DNA of 63,795 nucleotides, filler included, from Octopus bimaculoides (taxonomy: Eukaryota), in the NCBI RefSeq assembly GCF_001194135.2. It is 8 parts of 8 records of this genome, joined end to end, with 100 filler letters (N's around TTAATTAATTAA, not from the genome) between each part and the next. Parts side by side here need not be neighbours in the genome. Positions count along the whole stretch, not along the records: positions 10,986 to 16,381 come from NC_069005.1; positions 16,482 to 40,617 come from NC_068992.1; 6 more parts are not named here. One strand, written 5' to 3'. The notes under the pieces are model-generated. The model had not been told where the DNA came from. It worked only from the letters and a program-made list of their open reading frames with translations, and searched no databases. Positions 13,489 through 25,079 of this stretch are shown piece after piece; the first letter of the stretch is position 1; every line of letters starts with the position of its first letter. The position numbers and the translations under genes were made by a program.

Positions 13489-13852
13489 GGAGGCGCAATA
13501 GCCCAGCGGTTAGGGCAGCGGACTCGCGGTTTCGATTCCCAGACCGGTCGTTGTAAGTGTTTATTGAGCGAAAACACCTAAAAGCCCCACGAGGCTCCGG
13601 CAGGGGATGGTGGCAAACCCTGCTGTACTCTTTCAACACAACTTTCTCTCACTCTTTCTTCCTGCTTCTGTTGTGCCTGTAATTCAAAGGGTCAGCCTTG
13701 TCACACTGTGTGACGCTGAATATCCCCGAGAACTACGTTAAGGTACACGTGTCTGTGAAATGCTCAGCCACTTGCACGTTAATTTCACGAGCAGGCTGTT
13801 CCGTTGATCGGATCAACTGGAACCATCGACGTCGTAAGCGACGGAGTGCCAA
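13489..13852 (+). mobile_element. tRNA-derived SINE, family A
   Basis: tRNA-like head GGAGGCGCAATAGCCCAGCGGTTAGG...TTCGATTCCC. Four near-colinear copies in the window. Confidence 0.85.
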
Positions 13853-14299
13853 TAGCATTGTTACATTTAATAGGGTAATAATTGTTATAAATTTTGATAA
13901 TTTCCTCTCGTTAAGGGAAGATATAATCTGGCACATATTCTTCGAATCAGAAAAAAAGAAACCACGAAGAACACTGGCGTAAATGACATCATAATATCTA
14001 TTTTCCTTAGTAAAGTAGTTTGTATAAAGATTCAATTACATTGTTCTTCATGTGCTTAGCGTATGGAATAGTGAGCCAATATCAGAAGGTATATTATAAT
14101 TTTCAAATATTCTAATTTTATTATATTTATACAGGGTGTGGCTTTTAACTCCATTACTCGTTTCATTAATTTCATGAGAATTATCTGATGTACGATGCAA
14201 TTAATTGGTTTTCATATTTTTTTAATCATTTTATCTCTAGGACGTTTATATTTTTAATTAATTTTTCCATCCTTACTTCTATTACTATTAGGTTCTTTA

Positions 14300-14740
14300 A
14301 AATTATAGCTATTGTGAGTAACTCCCATGTTATCAGAGCCACCGTGGTCGACATTTTGTGCATAATACTCTAGCTTTTGGTTATACACAGCTTTGCCGAG
14401 TGCCACATTATAAGAGTCAGTTTTTTTGTTAAAAACGTCCTTGCTCCATCATAAAGTAGATATTCTTCTAGAACTATTGTAAACTAAGAAATTGTTTTAC
14501 TGCAGTAGGACGATTTACTTCCAATATTTATATATTTGAGATTGAAGTTAGACTTGTGGTGTGGTTCATAGCTGCCCCTAATGCGGTTTAACTGCCTCAT
14601 GTTCAGTTTCAATTGTTATGGAGAGCCCAACATTTTCAAAATCCCTATAAAATTTCTTCTTGTACAGTTCTAATTTTCTACTGGATAGGTTTCTAACGGT
14701 AAAAATAGCATCATCTATGACGTAACATTCAACTGTGCTA
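14300..14740 (-). mobile_element. Penelope-like element remnant (RT fused to GIY-YIG-side fragment)
   Basis: CYVIDDAIFTVRNLSSRKLELYKKKFYRDFENVGLSITIE resembles the PLE RT segment YRDDGL...LNITIE, followed by YEPHHKSNFNLK...KDVFNKKTD. Confidence 0.55.
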
Positions 14741-14796
14741 ATTAATAAGCAGCTTTGACTCGTGCTCGTCTAGTAACTTTGAACACATTTACACAC

Positions 14797-14848
<52 letters not shown>

Positions 14849-15214
14849 AAATACGTAATGGAAATATTACAAATACGTAACTATAGTTTTCAAAATAAAA
14901 AATAATTAATAATNNNNNNNNNNNNNNNNNNNNNNNNNNNNNNNNNNNNNNNNNNNNNNNNNNNNNNNNNNNNNNNNNNNNNNNNNNNNNNNNNNNNNNN
15001 NNNNNNNNNNNNNNNNNNNNNNNNNNNNNNNNNNNNNNNNNNNNNNNNNNNNNNNNNNNNNNNNNNNNNNNAACACAGACACACAAACATATACATACAT
15101 ACACACATACATACACACACACTCACACACACACACACACACACACATATAAATACGTAATGAAAATATTACAAATACGTAACTATAGTTTTCAAAATAA
15201 AAAATAATTAATAA

Positions 15215-15780
15215 TAATAATAATTTATTATTTAATTATAATTTTTAGATTGCAACTGGGTGACTTATAATTAAATTTCTTAAGAGATTGAATACTTTAA
15301 TGACATTTTCATCTATCATAAGTAGCAGTATAATTTGGGAGTAACGTTTATTTAGCTTCCAGTTTTAAGTAATCGTATCGAAATATCCTTTAAGCTAACT
15401 AACGGAGGTTTTTTTTGCTTTTTCACCATATTACACACGAACACTGAAAGATGCTTTAAACAAATTTGGATTTACATATACATAAGTTAGGTTTTTTTTT
15501 TAATATATTGGTTACGGAAACGCGCATATCTGAGTCTATCAAGGGCCAAACAACACATCGGAATGTAGCTCCTTCCTATCAAATTTCCCCCCTGATGAAC
15601 TACTCAGTTAACGATATTCGATATAGAAATTTAAGTTAATATCGTTTCATTTTATTTATCAAAATGATTTGAATGGGCATGGAAACAATTGTAGGTGAAA
15701 TTGAGTATTTGACATTGTTCAGAATTGTATTATGTTCTGATAAATTGATGTCAAAGTCGGTTTCTCTGTTCTCTTTTTCT
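15215..15780. repeat. Unclassified AT-rich dispersed repeat, copy B (inverted relative to A)
   Basis: Reverse complement of 12440-12990, clearly diverged. Confidence 0.8.
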
Positions 15781-15809
15781 CATATACATACATATATATA
15801 TATATGCAA

Positions 15810-15872
<63 letters not shown>

Positions 15873-15925
15873 GGTGTGTGCGCGTGCGTGCGTGCGTGTG
15901 TATGTATGTATGTATATATGCATGT

Positions 15926-16300
15926 GAAGGAGCGCCTAGTGGTTAGGGCAGAGGACTCGCGGTCGTGGGATCGCGGTTTCGATTCCCAGACCGGGCGTTG
16001 TGAGTGTTTATTGAGCAAAAACACCTAAAGCTCCATGCGGCTCCAGCAGGTCGTGGTGGTGAACACTGTTGTAATCTTTCAGCACAAATGTTCCTCACTC
16101 TTTCTTCCTATTTCTACTGAACCTATATTTCTAAGGGCCGGCCTTGTCACATGCTGTGTTACGCTGAATCTCCCCGAGAACTACATGAAGGGCATACATG
16201 TCTGTGGAGTTCTCAGTATCTTACACGTTAATTTCACGAGCAGGCTGTTCCGTTGATTGGATTAACTAGAACACATGTCCTTGCAACCGACGGAGTGCCA
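15926..16300 (+). mobile_element. tRNA-derived SINE, family A
   Basis: Colinear with 13489-13852 and ends in CGACGGAGTGCCA. Confidence 0.85.
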
Positions 16301-16335
16301 CGATATATATATGTGCAAATATATATACATATATA

Positions 16336-16381
<46 letters not shown>

Positions 16382-16481
16382 NNNNNNNNNNNNNNNNNNN
16401 NNNNNNNNNNNNNNNNNNNNNNNNNTTAATTAATTAANNNNNNNNNNNNNNNNNNNNNNNNNNNNNNNNNNNNNNNNNNNN

Positions 16482-16781
16482 GTCTGCCATTTGTTCATTG
16501 AGTGCTCTATGTATTTTATGATAATTGGTGCCACCTTGTTTATGGCTAGTGTTTCCAGAATCCACGTGCGGGGAACACTGTCGAAAGCCTTTTGGTAGTC
16601 CACCCAGGCCATACTGAAGCCTTTCTTCTTTCTGCGGCTGTCTTCAGTTATGGCTTTATTGATCAATAATTGATCTTTACAGCCGTATGAGCCCTTGCAG
16701 TATCCCTTCTACTCTTCTGGAAACAGGTTGTTATTTTCCAGGTGTTTACTCAATCTCTGCTATATTATTGCAGTAAAGGCT
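16482..16781 (-). mobile_element. R4/Dong-like non-LTR retrotransposon RT fragment
   Basis: IAERLSKHLENNNLFPEE*KGYCKGSYGCKDQLLINKAITED...MAWVDYQKAFDSVP. The 5' end abuts a (TAA)n tract on its sense strand. Confidence 0.78.
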
Positions 16782-16856
16782 TTTATTATTATTATTATTG
16801 TTATTATTATTATTATTATCATCATTATTATTATTATTATCATTATTATTATTATT

Positions 16857-17060
16857 AGGACGGAAGAATCATAAAGCACGCTGGGCAGAATGCTTAGCGC
16901 CATTTTATTAGATTTTATGTTCTGAGTTCAAATTCTGCCGAGCTCTACTTTGCCATTCATTATTTCGTGATAAATGAAATAATTAACAGTCGAGCATTGG
17001 TGACGATATAATCGAGTGGATCCCTTCCCTAAAATTTCAGGACTATACAAGAAAGAATTA
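16857..17060 (+). mobile_element. tRNA-type SINE, family C (MetaSINE-like core)
   Basis: Head ...AGAATC...AGCACGC...GAGTTCAAATTCTGCCGAG and an (ATT)n-like tail. The Meta-domain assignment is from memory only. Confidence 0.65.
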
Positions 17061-18199
17061 TTATCATTATTAATGGCAGCCTCACTAGCATGCGAGACCA
17101 ACTGTACAGTAGCATTTCTCCTCTTATATACGCAGAGTTATTATTATTGTTTTCGTTTCAATGGAGACATCTCTGTTCAAACCTGCTCAGGTATTCTTAC
17201 AGCTTGTCGTTTTAAAGAAGACTATTTGTATTTTTGTTATACCATCTCATTAAAAAGCCAGCTTGCAATTCTTCTGTTTGGTTGGCTTCGTTAAGTTACA
17301 GCCCTTCGGGTTTGAATTTGTTTTTTCCTTCTTCAATTTTCCAAATTGTATCCATTCTAAACAAAAATCGCGTCAAATGTTTAAGTGAATACAGTGGAAG
17401 GAAAATGAATATTGAGCTAGTTGATGCGACAACGCTCTGCCATTGTTATCACAAACCACTACCGTCACTGCGACCACTGCAATAATCTACCGAAATATTG
17501 CTTGCATAAACAACAAGAACAACAAGGCAATTGAAAGGAACGACAGAAACAAAGACGAACATGAAAACAACAGCAATACAACGGATGAGCATGAATATAT
17601 AAGCAACAGTTAACACAGTCCTCTCAACATACCAGTAATTTCCAACTCTACCGTCACAAACACAATGAAAGAAGACACAATGTGCCATTCCCTCATCACT
17701 GCCTTCGTTAAAGCTGCTCGCTGAGTACTAGAAGAAATTCAGTCTCAGCATACGAATTGAGAAAGGCAAAAAGCATTCTTTAAAGAATATGGTCACACAA
17801 TCAGATTGAATGTCCCTTAGTCCATCTAAACAAAAACAATTGGGAGATGGTACATACAGCACCGTAGAAATAATATCTAAGCAAAAATAGCAGATGACAT
17901 GGCAAGAAAGTTGGGTACCCCAGATGAGGCATCATTGATACGTCACCATAGAGAAAAAAGAGTGCACGGTAGGATGAGATTTCCCACGGAAGATAAGGAC
18001 AGAAAGCACCGCACAACAAACTGAGTGGCTAACCGGCCCTCATAACAGGGTACCTTGTCCGTAGGATGTTTAACACAAAAGTTTCTTTGTTGGCATATTT
18101 ACAATATGCTACAAAGTATACAAATAACATAAAAATAGTTGAGATGCCCCCGGAAATGGACATCTGCTGGCTGGTTGCGGCCTTTCTTTTTGACATATT

Positions 18200-18425
18200 G
18201 GAGGAAACAAATAACCTGCAAATTCATACGCCGCAGAAACAAAATTGGTCGGATCACGGGGTGCAGCTACCAATCCAAAGAGACCACCAGTGCTACGCGT
18301 CACGTGTCGGAGTGCTCGCACAGCAACGTGAGAGGAAGTGTTTCGCTCAAGAACACAACACATCACTCGATCGGGATATTGAACCCACGATTTCGCGATC
18401 ATGAGTGCACACTCTAGGCACTAGT
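18200..18425 (-). mobile_element. tRNA-type SINE, family D
   Basis: AAGTGTTTCGCTCAAGAACACAAC...TTGAACCCACGAT is the reverse complement of a B-box head. Related to 58190-58475. Confidence 0.5.
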
Positions 18426-18432
18426 CTATATG

Positions 18433-18504
<72 letters not shown>

Positions 18505-18994
18505 TCTCTCTCTCTCTCTATCTATCTATCTTTCTCACACACCACATGCATACGATCGAGATTGATGTTTTTTTATAAAACATTTGCTGTTATCTGAAGG
18601 AATGCAGTTACACATTTTAGCAGGCCGACCGACCAGATAGAGTTTCCCCTTCCATTGGTGTTTTGATTCATGTTGTTCAGTCGGCAATGGGCAATGATGA
18701 TGTTGATGGTAGAAGCTAGCATTGGTGATGGTGGCAAAATATATTTTAAGTAACATGAAGATAATTAACGTTAATATAAACATCAGTTTGGAATACCACT
18801 TCAGTTTGAGTAATTAGTGCTAATTAATGTTTAATACCATCTGGTATTGGTTAAATCATTAACCATTAAACCATGTAATAGTTAAAAATAGTAAGTCAAT
18901 ATATACCAATCGTAATTCAATGTGTCTTAATTGTAAATCTAAATTTTCATTTTTGTGTTTTAATGTAAGCAGCATGTATGTGTGTGTGTTTGTA

Positions 18995-19042
<48 letters not shown>

Positions 19043-19109
19043 TGTGTGTGTGAGTCGTAGCTTCTGTTGTTTGTGTCGTTGTTGCTGCTATTAACTTTGT
19101 CATTATCAG

Positions 19110-19320
19110 TGGCGCCGAAGGTGGCGGGTCCACAGAATAGTTAGCACGCCGGGCATAATACTTAGCGGCATTTCGTCCGTCTTTACGTTCTACGTTCAGA
19201 TTCGCCGCAGTCCACTTTGTCTCTCAAACTTTCGGGGTCGATAAGATAAGTTCCAGTGACACACTAGAGTTGATGTAATCGGCTAGACCCCCTCCGTCCT
19301 GTGCTAATACTAGAATATTG
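19110..19320 (+). mobile_element. SINE family C
   Basis: TTAGCACGCCGGGC...TTTCGGGGTCGATAAGATAAG core. Confidence 0.75.
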
Positions 19321-19324
19321 GCTT

Positions 19325-19530
19325 AAAATTTTGGCACAAGGCTAGCATTATCAGGGAAGGGGTAAGTCGATTATATCAACCTCAATGTTCAACTGGCATT
19401 TATTTTATCGATCCCTGAAGGATGAAATGTAAAGTTGATCTCGACGGAATTTGAGCTCAGAAGGTAGAGACGTACAAAATGTCGGTAAGCTTTTCGCCTA
19501 GCGTGCTAACGATTCTGCCAGCTTTCAATC
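19325..19530 (-). mobile_element. SINE family C, inverted relative to its neighbour
   Basis: TTTTATCGATCCCTGAAGGATGAAA...CGTGCTAACGATTCTGCCAGC. Confidence 0.75.
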
Positions 19531-19880
19531 TTTCCTATAGTAGACATATTTTGAAAACAGTGAGCTGGCAGAATCTCTTTTCCTTTCCAACTGTATAGCC
19601 TTCTCCCACCACACTCTCTCTTTTTCTCTTACTCTTATTATTTTAGTCAACAATTTCCATTCCTTTTATCGATCTAAACACATATTATTAACTTCAAAAT
19701 ATCTAATTTAACTTCAATTTTTCGTACTTTCTAGGTTAGCAAATCAAAGTACCAGTCATCTACTGAGGACTTCATTAGAATACCCCCTTCTCTCACAATA
19801 TCAGGTTTGTTGCTTAACTTTCAAATCAATATTTTCCATTCATTGCTTCCCTAATTCACTGCTGGCTTATTTTCATTCAT

Positions 19881-20690
19881 GTGCTCCCTGTCTCTCTGTC
19901 TCTCTCTGTCTCTCTGTCTCCCTCTGTCTCTCTGTCTCTCTCTGTCTCTCTGTCTCTCCCTGTCTCTCTGTCTCTCTCTGTCTCTCTGTCTCTCTGTCTC
20001 TCTCTGTCTCTCTGTCTCTCCCTGTCTCTCTGTCTCTCTCTGTCTCTCTGTCTCTCTCTGTCTCTCTGTCTCTCTCTGTCTCTCAGTTTCTCAGTCTCAC
20101 CCTCTCACCTTGTCTATCTCTGTCTTTCCCTCTCTTAGCGAATCTATTTCACTCCATCACATTTTCTCCCCATTGCTTACTCTCTGTGTGTCTCTCCTTC
20201 ACATACCCCCTCCCCCGGTCTTTCTCAGTCTTCACGTCTCTTCCTCCTTCAGTTCCAGCTTATCTCCCTTTCTTTCCCATGCGTTTCCCTATTTCTACGT
20301 CTCTCACCTTCTCCTCATGCTTCCATCAGTTTTCTTTTCCCACTCGTCTCAATCCCTCTCCCCGTAACTCTTACTGCTTTTACCACTTTCACTATTTCCT
20401 ACCACCTTTCTCTCTCTTCCCATCACTCACGCTTTCCCCTCGAATCTCCACCTCCATAGCTTCCTACTCTCTTTCTCTTTCCCATTTCATTTCACTCCTC
20501 CACCCATCTTTCATCCTCTGTCTTTCACCATTTCATCCTCTTTTTCTCCTCTGTCTATCCCATTTTCGCTCTCCATCACTCCCCCTCTTTCGCTCCTCCT
20601 TCATTTCCCTTCTTTCCCTCCTCCTTCTCTCTTCACTCTCCTTTTCCCGCCTTTCTCTTCTTGTAGTCTCTCCGCTATTTCTGTCATTTT
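19881..20690. repeat. (CTCTGT)n-type microsatellite grading into a CT-rich low-complexity tract
   Basis: Seen directly. It explains ORFs 19879-20755. Confidence 0.9.
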
Positions 20691-22082
20691 TCTTAAATAT
20701 TAATTTTCTAAAAATATCTAATTACTATACAACAGCGGACTGCGAAAAATATTGAAACAGTTTCGCCTGCCTAAGTGCAAAACCTGATAAATATTACAGT
20801 AAACATATTCTGAATATCTTTACCAAAATTTCCCATGTGGCACCAAAGGAATAAAACTGCACTCAGAGTACTGTGTAGAATTCGATAGATTAACGTAATA
20901 ATTCGGTTAAATCTCTTGGCTTTCACTTCGCTTCTTTGTTGGCATCGATATGCCGCCTCACTCCTCTGTTACATTTTGCTTACCAAATACACGCACATGC
21001 AACTATACGTACAAACATACGCGCTAGCACGTGCACATGCATAAGCGCTCTCGCACACACACATGCACACGCATAGCAATATGAAAGCATATATCATACA
21101 TTTGGCATACGCATATACAAATGAACATACACGCCTTGTGCAGAACAAACGAGCATACTCAGATACATATGTACCTGACACGCACGCACTTATCAATAAT
21201 TGAACGGATCTACGTCGGTTTCGACGATGATAAGTATTGCAGTTGTTTGATCAAATAAGCTCCCACCATATTGCACTAGAGTGTAAATGGATGCATATTT
21301 CGCAAACATTTGCATATTTAAAGCAATTCGTTGGCAGAATTTGCTTGGAATGGAAAAAAGAACAGTGTAGGCTCTTTTTGCGTGTAAGAGCATCTCATGC
21401 ATTTGCTTATTTTCCGTATGTTCAGTTTTACTTGCAGCTCTGTGATTGAAGGGAGAGAAATAACAGCGGGAGAAAATAAATTTAGAGATGTTGGAGGCGA
21501 GTAAAAAGGTGAGATGCAAAATGCAGGAAGAGAAAATAAAGGCGAGAGAGAGAGAGAGAGTTAATGTGAGGAGAAGTACAATACAAAAAGAGGGACGAGA
21601 TTGTGCGACATGATTAAAACAAGGCGAGAAGTGGAAAGGGAGAGAAAGCTAGAGAGAAAGAGATAACAAGAGTAAGAGGTGTACATTGAGAGAGAAACCT
21701 TGAGAACAAGCATCAAAAAGAGGATTTTTCATTACTAAATCATACCTAGCCAGACACACAAAACGAAAAATATATGCACATACATGTATGTGTACACATA
21801 AGCATATATACTAATGTATGAAGACACCTGAACGTGCACCAACGCGCACACATACACACATATAGAACACTTGACCTGCCATTTCTTAGCTTCCAACGAT
21901 ATTTTCCCAAATTTCTAAATTCAAATCTCTACACCATCCTATAAATGTGTTTCGGGGTTTCTGAATCACTAACGCTTTTCATAACGAAATAGAATTTGCA
22001 AAGACAGCAAAAAACATGCAATTCTCATCAATAAACTTTCGATTTCGACTACTCACAGCTCCACACTGTTCATCTACATGTA

Positions 22083-23100
22083 CGAGGATCGGCTGAAATG
22101 TTCATAGGCTGACCAAGACAGAAAGTAATCTAATGTCGTTCATTTTCCCCGGTCTCTCTTACGTTCCACACACCTCTGCCATCGGTGTTGCAGTGCTTGC
22201 ATCCCATTGGTGAAGAAGCTTTTTATCCTTTTGGCAAAAATAAATAAATAATTAAAATAAATAAATCATCTACTGCAGATATGACATCATCATAACCTTG
22301 ATACTGCTTCCCAGCCAAGTGCTTTTTAGTGTTGGGGAACAGATGGTTGTCAGATGGAGCTAAATCAGAGAATCAGCCACTGAAAGCAAGGACTTGTGTA
22401 CTGAAGCATTGCCTCAATGAAACCAGACCCCTTTCCGCAGTTTTCCTGAGCGTTTGTTCTTGATAGCCTTTCGTAACTGACTCAGCAAGTTAGCACTCTC
22501 CATTGATAGCGTAGCCCTTTTGAAAATATTCAATAAACACAATGCCTTTTGCATCCTAAAAAACTGATGCCATCACCTTCACTGCAGAAGAAACGATCTC
22601 GGCTCTGCTTGGAGAAAGTGAGGAAGAGTGTTTCCACTGCATGGATTGTCTCTTTGTCTCTGTCGCAAAGTGATGAAGTCAACACCAATCAAGTCTCAAG
22701 AAACGTTCAAAGAAACCCACAGGATCTGCCTCAAACAATATCAGATTTCCCTGTAATCTGATCAGCCTGGTGCATTTGTGATCAGGTTCTATAAGACGTG
22801 GTGTCCACCAAACGTAGGTCTGATCTTCGTCATGCAATGTTCATTCTGCAGAATATTCTCAACTCTCTCACAGGTTATGCTAAGAGCGTTGGCTATTTGA
22901 TCTATAGTCAATCGCCGGTCATCTATCAGCATTTGGTGATAACGATCAATGTATTCCTTAGTGGTGGCAGTTACAGTACTTTCAGACATTGGGGGGGATC
23001 TTTGAGACTCTCCCATTCCCTCCAAAATTCAGCTGCTCAGTTTTGCATTGTTGATAAAGTTATATCGCCCAACACTAATGTAGCAACCATGTCAGCATGA
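22083..23100 (-). mobile_element. mariner transposon remnant (second mariner lineage)
   Basis: TA-CGAGGATCGGCTGAAA terminus at 22081-83. ORF ...VTATTKEYIDRYHQMLIDDRRLTIDQIANALSITCERVENIL... resembles a mariner HTH. The other end was not found. Confidence 0.7.
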
Positions 23101-24151
23101 ATGTCCATGGTGGCTAAACCCTTTTTCCTTCAAGTATTTGATAACACAACGATACAAATTTTGTCCATTTTCAAGACAAGTTTCTTTTGAAGTCTTCTCT
23201 GAACATTCAGATATCAGTTTACGTGGAAAGAAACAACGCAGGTATTAATAAGAAAGTTTGAAATTTACGCATGCAAAATTTTTGCAGCTCAAGCATCAAA
23301 TCTTCATAACCAAGCTATAACCTTTTCATCCCACTATCTGATACTAGATTTATACATACCAACAATGAAGCTCATAAAAGTTCAATCGACCTACTAAAAC
23401 TGGTAGCCAGATTACCCTCAATAAACATTCTGTTGTTTCGGGAGACGAAAGATTATCTTACATAACGTAATCATTTATATACATCTATAAAGACGAGATG
23501 GTCAAGGTTGGAAATTTTTGTTCGGAGATCTTGAATAGTAACAATAACAACAGCATTCCTTATAGTTATATATGCTAGAAAACTTTGTGCTGTTGTGTGG
23601 GCATTTTGTCGCCTTCATCATTGGGTAGCCCAGGACAGTTCAGGTCTCGCAGCGGAAGCGGCCGAACCACCTACATAGCTGCCTTCACTGCCTGATGAGA
23701 CATCAACTCGTGCATTCAAAGACGAAATACAGCAACACTCTCAGCACAGAAATGTTCACCCTAAATGCCCAGAATACGCACGCATTACTATTTACTATTC
23801 ATGAATTCCTACGCTGATTTCAAAGAAGAATATTTCGTATTGTTGAGAAATATTTTATAGGATTTTACATCAATGATATTCTTTTATACATGTGATCCTC
23901 GAATTTCAATGAATTCATTTTTCATTTTATCTTCCAAAAATTATTTACATTCTTTATGTTTCGATACATGAGTAAACATATACCAAGTAGCGGCGAATGT
24001 GTGACAAAATATAAAGACAGGATTACGATGAATAAAATATATGGTTTTAGCATTGTCATTTAAAAGATATATACATATATATANNNNNNNNNNNNNNNNN
24101 NNNNNNNNNNNNNNNNNNNNNNNNNNNNNNNNNNNNNNNNNNNNNNNNNNN

Positions 24152-24865
24152 TATATATATATATATATTATATTATATACATGCATGCACAAACACAAGC
24201 ATGTAAATACGTATATATACATATTCTAGTATTTAATACACACTCCATATTGCACATCTTCAAATATTATTATATTTATAAACCTCCTTAGTGTTATGAT
24301 CTTATTCTCTTTCTAGTAATCCCAGTTAAGGAAAACAGGAATTCAAGAAAATTTGCTATATATTTTCCCTATTTGTCTCTGATGACGGAATGTCCCAGAC
24401 TCAGGGATATCCCAGAAAAAGCTGTAAGACTGAATTTCTCCAATAATAATAATATATATGACTTGAGATGCTTGCCTTGGCTTAATGTTTTTGTCCTCTT
24501 TAACAAATATATATATATATTATATTATATACATGCATGCACAAACACAAGCATGTAAATACGTATATATACATATTCTAGTATTTAATACACACTCCAT
24601 ATTGCACATCTTCAAATAGTATTATATTTATAAACCTTCTTAGTGTTATGATCTTATTCTCTTTCCAGTAATCCAAGTTAAGGAAAATAGGAATTCAAAA
24701 AAAATTGCTATGTATTTTCCCTATTTGTCTCTGATGAGGGAATGTCCCAGACTCGGGGATATCCCAGAAAAAGCTGTAAGACTTTGAATTTCTCCAATAA
24801 TAATAATATATATGATTTGAGATGTTTGCCTTGGCTTAATGTTTTTTGTCCTCTTCAACAATTAT
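24152..24865. repeat. Tandem duplication, two ~356-bp units separated by (TA)n
   Basis: 24152-24507 versus 24508-24865, colinear with roughly a dozen or more substitutions and indels by eye. Confidence 0.92.
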
Positions 24866-25010
24866 ATATATATATATATAATCCTCAGTCGCACGTTTCT
24901 GAGCAGTGCCACCAGTTGTATGCTGCTGAGTTTTCAGAATCATAACATTACATAATTATTTTATAAATTATTACATAAATATGAAGAGCAGCAGCACTGC
25001 ACCGGCACTT

Positions 25011-25079
25011 CATCAGGTAGGTTGCTGTTAAAGCACTACTTGAACCAGTAGTGCTATAAATGCAACCTATTCAATGATG
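25011..25079 (+). ncRNA. Candidate pre-miRNA-like hairpin
   Basis: Arms TAGGTTGCTGTTAAAGCACTACT / AGTAGTGCTATAAATGCAACCTA pair in register (20 of 23) around a 6-nt loop, with a CATCA/TGATG basal extension. Confidence 0.3.

Noticed and set aside
13489-13540. tRNA-like sequence (also at the other SINE heads)
   Set aside because: These are SINE heads with A/B boxes that continue into SINE bodies; no complete cloverleaf.
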